Positions 25,168 through 28,703 of a DNA stretch of 28,703 nucleotides are shown here, in pieces. Both the position numbers and the translations under genes were made by a program. The stretch is from Candidatus Babeliales bacterium (lineage in GTDB: Bacteria > Babelota > Babeliae > Babelales > Vermiphilaceae), in assembly GCA_044451405.1 (NCBI GenBank), contig JBIOKB010000010.1:1-28703 (forward strand). Reading direction: 5' to 3'. The number at the start of each line of letters is the position of its first letter. Position 1 is the first letter of the stretch. The notes under the pieces are model-generated. The model was not told where the DNA came from and did no database searches. It saw nothing but the letters and a program-made list of their open reading frames with translations.

Positions 25168-28100
25168 GTGAAAAACGTAACAAAAATAGCATGTATGCCG
25201 ATGCTCCTGCTATGTCTAGTATCCTTTACACCCACTCACCTATTCTGCGCACAAACATCCTCACCTGCATTATTGCCTGAACAAGAAATTGATCGCATTG
25301 TAGAATCGGGTGAAAAGTATGTGTATGTAAGTAAGGCGTTACAAGCATGTATTAAAGCGCTACGGGCAGATGTAGATACCGCTACTCTATCGCCACAATT
25401 TATAGAATTGAGTGATTACATGCTCAATGGTAACAGCACTGCTCCCCTTGCATTGGCAAAAGTAGTAATACCAGAGTGTGTCACCTTACTCAAAAAATAT
25501 CCCACTATTGCTGATCATGAATCAAAAGCAAAGGCGGTGTACGATTACCAAGAAGCCTTAACTTCTGGTGATGCACTTATTGATATTGTATTACCTACTG
25601 ATCAAAATAATGAACATGCAAAAAGAACAGTATTTTCAGCACTTGTTGTCAGAGATCACATCAAAATTGGCGCCCTTGTTATTCACCATGATGGATCTCT
25701 TAATGCCCTTAGAGTGAGAGGTAATTCAGTCTTTGAAGGCCAAGTGTTTATTGATGGCACCCTCTTTGTTAATAACATTCAAATTAATGGCAGTAGCAGC
25801 GGTGGTGGTGGCATAATAACGGGCGCTCAAAACGTTGGTGTCGGCCAAGGTTCTGTATTTCAATCAACATCAGGAACCATATTAAACTTCAAAAGATTAG
25901 CGCAAGGCTCTGGCATTAGTATAGCAGATGATGGTAGTGAAATTAGTTTTACTGCTACTGGTGGTGGTGGTAACGTATCTACCGCTGTACCCTTTAGCAC
26001 TGATAATGCACTAATACGCGTAGATTTACCAAGTGGCATACAAAATATTCAACAATCGGGAGTAGTGCTTGATGACAGTAATAATATCACGGGAGTAAAT
26101 ACATTAAGCGCAACTACGGTAACAACAAGTGGTGGTACAGCAATTACCGGCACTACAACTATTAATACTTCTGGTTCATCAACAACAACTATTGGTAATG
26201 CAGCAAGCAGTACCACACTCGCTGGACCTATAACATTAAGTTCATTATCTGCAGGTATATTAGAAACGAATGGTGCAGGGCTTGTCTCTTCATCAGCAAC
26301 AACACAAAATGCCGTGCAAATTGGTAATGCATCAGGGAGCTTAACATCACTTGGCGTTGGTACCAATGGTCAACTACTTATTGGTGCAACAGGCGCTGCT
26401 CCTGCATTTGCAACACTTACCTCAACGGGTGGCACTGTTACCATAACGCCTGGTGCTAACAGTTTAAATATTGATACGAGCGGCTCACAAGCAGATTCAT
26501 TCCCGACTGATTCAGGCACTGCTATACCATCAGGTGGTGCACTTACTATTCATGGTGGCTCTAATATGAATACGAGTGGTGCTGGTTCTACCGTGACCAT
26601 GAATCTTGATAACTCACCATCAGTTTCTGGTTCGTTAACAGCAGGTACTGGTATTACATCAACCACCGGTAATATTGTTGCAACCGCAGGGCAAGTAAAT
26701 GCGGGCACAACCATAACTGCTGGTACTGGTCTTACGGTAACAAGTGGTGGTGCAGCAATTACCGGCACTACAACTATTAACACCTCTGGTTCATCAACAA
26801 CAACTATTGGTAATGGCACAAGTGCTACAACTATTGCAGGTTCAACCACATTAAGCTCATTAACGCAAGGTGTTCTAGAAGTAAGTAATACAGGCTTTGT
26901 ATCATCAACAGCTACCACGCAAAATGCAGTGCAAATTGGTAATGGAACTGGTGGTTTAGCATCAACTAATGTTGGCAGTGACGGCCAATTGCTTATTGGT
27001 TCATCAATTGGCGCTCCTGCATTTGCACCACTGACTTCAACGGGTGGCACTATTGTTATAACACCTGGTCATAATACATTGAACATTGATACGAGTGGCT
27101 CGCAAGCAAGTTCATTTCCAACTGATTCGGGCACCGCAATACCATCAGGTGGTGCACTTACTATTGATGGTGGCTCCAATATGAATACGAGTGGTGCTGG
27201 TTCTACCGTAACCATCAATCTTGATAACTCACCATCCGTTTCTGGTTCGTTAACAGCAGGTACTGGTCTTACGGCAACAAGTGGTGGTGCAACAATTACT
27301 GGTAATGTGAATATGAAACTACAATCAGCGGTTGATTTTCAAGATGGTACTGGTACTGGTGCGTTTGTAGGCATCGAGGCTCCTGCAACCGTTGCAAGTA
27401 GCTACACCCTCTCACTCCCTGCAACGGCTCCAACCGCATTACAAGTCATGCAAGCTAATGCCACTACACCTACTAATTTACAATGGTATACGCCAAGTGG
27501 TAGCATTACCCCTGCTGTAAGCCGCATCATTTATGTTGCCACCTATGGTAGTGATGTTACGGGAAATGGTTCACAAACATCTCCCTATGCAAGCCTATCT
27601 AAAGCAGTGACTCAGGCCAACTCTATTTCAACAGTTGGAACTCCTGTTGTTATTTCTATAAGCCCAGGAGTTTATTTTGAAAATAATAGTGGTGGCCCCA
27701 TTACTGTTACTGCTGCTGGTGTATCGATACTAGGAGGTAGCTTAAATTCAGTTGTCATTGCTCCTACCTCAGCATCTAACTATCTCTTTGCAACAACACA
27801 AAGCATGCAATTAAATAATTTGTCATTCACCAATGCATTAGGATTGCCTGGTGCAAATGGCGTAACCTTATCAGGCACCGGAAATGTTACCTTTAATAAT
27901 GTAGCATTTACTAGCTTTAATATAGGCGCATTATGCAATAGCGCTAGTGGAGAATACTCCTTTGTAAATTGCTACTTTATAACAAATACAGCTGGTCCAA
28001 ACAATATCGGCCTGAGTGTAAATAACGCTATAGTAGCATGTGAAAATTGTACCATAGAAGGATCAACAAACTTTGTATCGCCTGCAGGAGTCGGCGTGTT

Positions 28101-28703
28101 TGTAACAGGTAGTAGCGCTAATGTGGCATTTACTGGCGGCATTTGCGTAGCAAGCAGCAATGGTTTCAACATAAGCAACGGAGCTAATGTTACGATGCAA
28201 TCAACTACCTTTAGATTTAATACTAATTCCATTACCCAAGCAACAGGAGCAGTATTAGTATTGCAATCATGTACCTTTGAACCGAGTCCAGGTGTACCTT
28301 CTGTTACTGAAGTTCAGATATCTGATGTCGGATCAGTAGCAAAGCTCTCAAGTTGTATATTTAATGGCATACCTGTCGCAGGCACTTCAACCGCAGTACA
28401 AGTTTCAAATCAGGCAAATGTCTTTTTTGCTGATGGACAAGTTAATGACTATACAACTGCGCTTATAGCAGGACTTCCCGGCGATACTTCTTCTACCGTA
28501 TTTGATGCATCAGCTGTCTTCCTAACTAATAACACTCAAGATATTCTCCAACAAGGCAGTTCAACCTTGAATTTCAATGTGGGTACCGCCACAAGTAGCA
28601 AAATTTTAATTAGTAACCCTACCAATGTAAATTTAGCTTATTTTGATCAAGCTAATCAGAATACATTAACCATCGGCTCTGAAAATAATGTCAATACGCC
28701 ACT
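25168..28703 (+). CDS. Large exported fibre/adhesin-like protein with G/T/S-rich repeats and a right-handed beta-helix domain (3' truncated by the window)
   Basis: Not in the track. Frame +1 is open with no stop from 25162 to the end (>1170 codons). AAGGAG RBS 7 nt before GTG 25168. Signal peptide MKNVTKIACMPMLLLCLVSFTPTHLFCA. Beta-helix N-cap IIYVATYGSDVTGNGSQTSPYASLSKAV...ISPGVY at ~27526-27675. Confidence 0.88.
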   Translation, partial: MKNVTKIACMPMLLLCLVSFTPTHLFCAQTSSPALLPEQEIDRIVESGEKYVYVSKALQACIKALRADVDTATLSPQFIELSDYMLNGNSTAPLALAKVVIPECVTLLKKYPTIADHESKAKAVYDYQEALTSGDALIDIVLPTDQNNEHAKRTVFSALVVRDHIKIGALVIHHDGSLNALRVRGNSVFEGQVFIDGTLFVNNIQINGSSSGGGGIITGAQNVGVGQGSVFQSTSGTILNFKRLAQGSGISIADDGSEISFTATGGGGNVSTAVPFSTDNALIRVDLPSGIQNIQQSGVVLDDSNNITGVNTLSATTVTTSGGTAITGTTTINTSGSSTTTIGNAASSTTLAGPITLSSLSAGILETNGAGLVSSSATTQNAVQIGNASGSLTSLGVGTNGQLLIGATGAAPAFATLTSTGGTVTITPGANSLNIDTSGSQADSFPTDSGTAIPSGGALTIHGGSNMNTSGAGSTVTMNLDNSPSVSGSLTAGTGITSTTGNIVATAGQVNAGTTITAGTGLTVTSGGAAITGTTTINTSGSSTTTIGNGTSATTIAGSTTLSSLTQGVLEVSNTGFVSSTATTQNAVQIGNGTGGLASTNVGSDGQLLIGSSIGAPAFAPLTSTGGTIVITPGHNTLNIDTSGSQASSFPTDSGTAIPSGGALTIDGGSNMNTSGAGSTVTINLDNSPSVSGSLTAGTGLTATSGGATITGNVNMKLQSAVDFQDGTGTGAFVGIEAPATVASSYTLSLPATAPTALQVMQANATTPTNLQWYTPSGSITPAVSRIIYVATYGSDVTGNGSQTSPYASLSKAVTQANSISTVGTPVVISISPGVYFENNSGGPITVTAAGVSILGGSLNSVVIAPTSASNYLFATTQSMQLNNLSFTNALGLPGANGVTLSGTGNVTFNNVAFTSFNIGALCNSASGEYSFVNCYFITNTAGPNNIGLSVNNAIVACENCTIEGSTNFVSPAGVGVFVTGSSANVAFTGGICVASSNGFNISNGANVTMQSTTFRFNTNSITQATGAVLVLQSCTFEPSPGVPSVTEVQISDVGSVAKLSSCIFNGIPVAGTSTAVQVSNQANVFFADGQVNDYTTALIAGLPGDTSSTVFDASAVFLTNNTQDILQQGSSTLNFNVGTATSSKILISNPTNVNLAYFDQANQNTLTIGSENNVNTP
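26125..27303 (+). repeat. Intragenic tandem duplication, period 615 bp (205 aa)
   Basis: 26125-26652 aligns with 26740-27267 at a constant offset of 615 (e.g. ATGAATACGAGTGGTGCTGGTTCTACCGT at 26566 and 27181). A third copy begins at 27277-27303. Confidence 0.92.

Noticed and set aside
24879-25280. Track ORFs 24879-25127, 24922-25155 and 25086-25280
   Set aside because: No good RBS. They are superseded by 24872-25039 (-) and the long ORF from 25168 (+).
26049-28232. Minus-strand ORFs 26049-26366, 26550-27050 and 27972-28232
   Set aside because: Antisense shadows of the long plus-strand fibre gene.

Overview
Bacterial chromosomal segment, AT-leaning, with no rRNA, tRNA, transposase or cas genes seen. 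The housekeeping backbone is murE (partial), two tandem AGCS amino-acid symporters, ruvX, tsaB, rsmE, gpmI, truA, typA, rpsF-rpsR, an XRE/S24-like regulator, rnhB, a HAS-barrel-like gene, ftsY, prmC, a PilM/PilN-like pair and mutL. It is interspersed with about ten orphan genes carrying signal peptides or anchors: two ankyrin proteins, a GNAT, small disordered proteins and a >1170-aa fibre/beta-helix protein running off the window end. This pattern suggests an intracellular parasite of protists such as Ca. Babeliae/Dependentiae (TM6); that is an inference from gene content only. The main points of interest are: (1) a phased array of four 30-bp palindromes straddling the predicted promoter of a Fic-wHTH gene; (2) two palindromic elements inserted in frame in the MutL linker, one with an intergenic relative; (3) a tandem pair of putative effectors with Cys-rich mature N-termini and eukaryote-like linear motifs; (4) a structured rpsF leader; (5) a LexA/CI-like regulator lacking catalytic residues. 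Four CDSs missing from the ORF track were found by reading the sequence: murE, 4739-4900, 24872-25039 and 25168->end.
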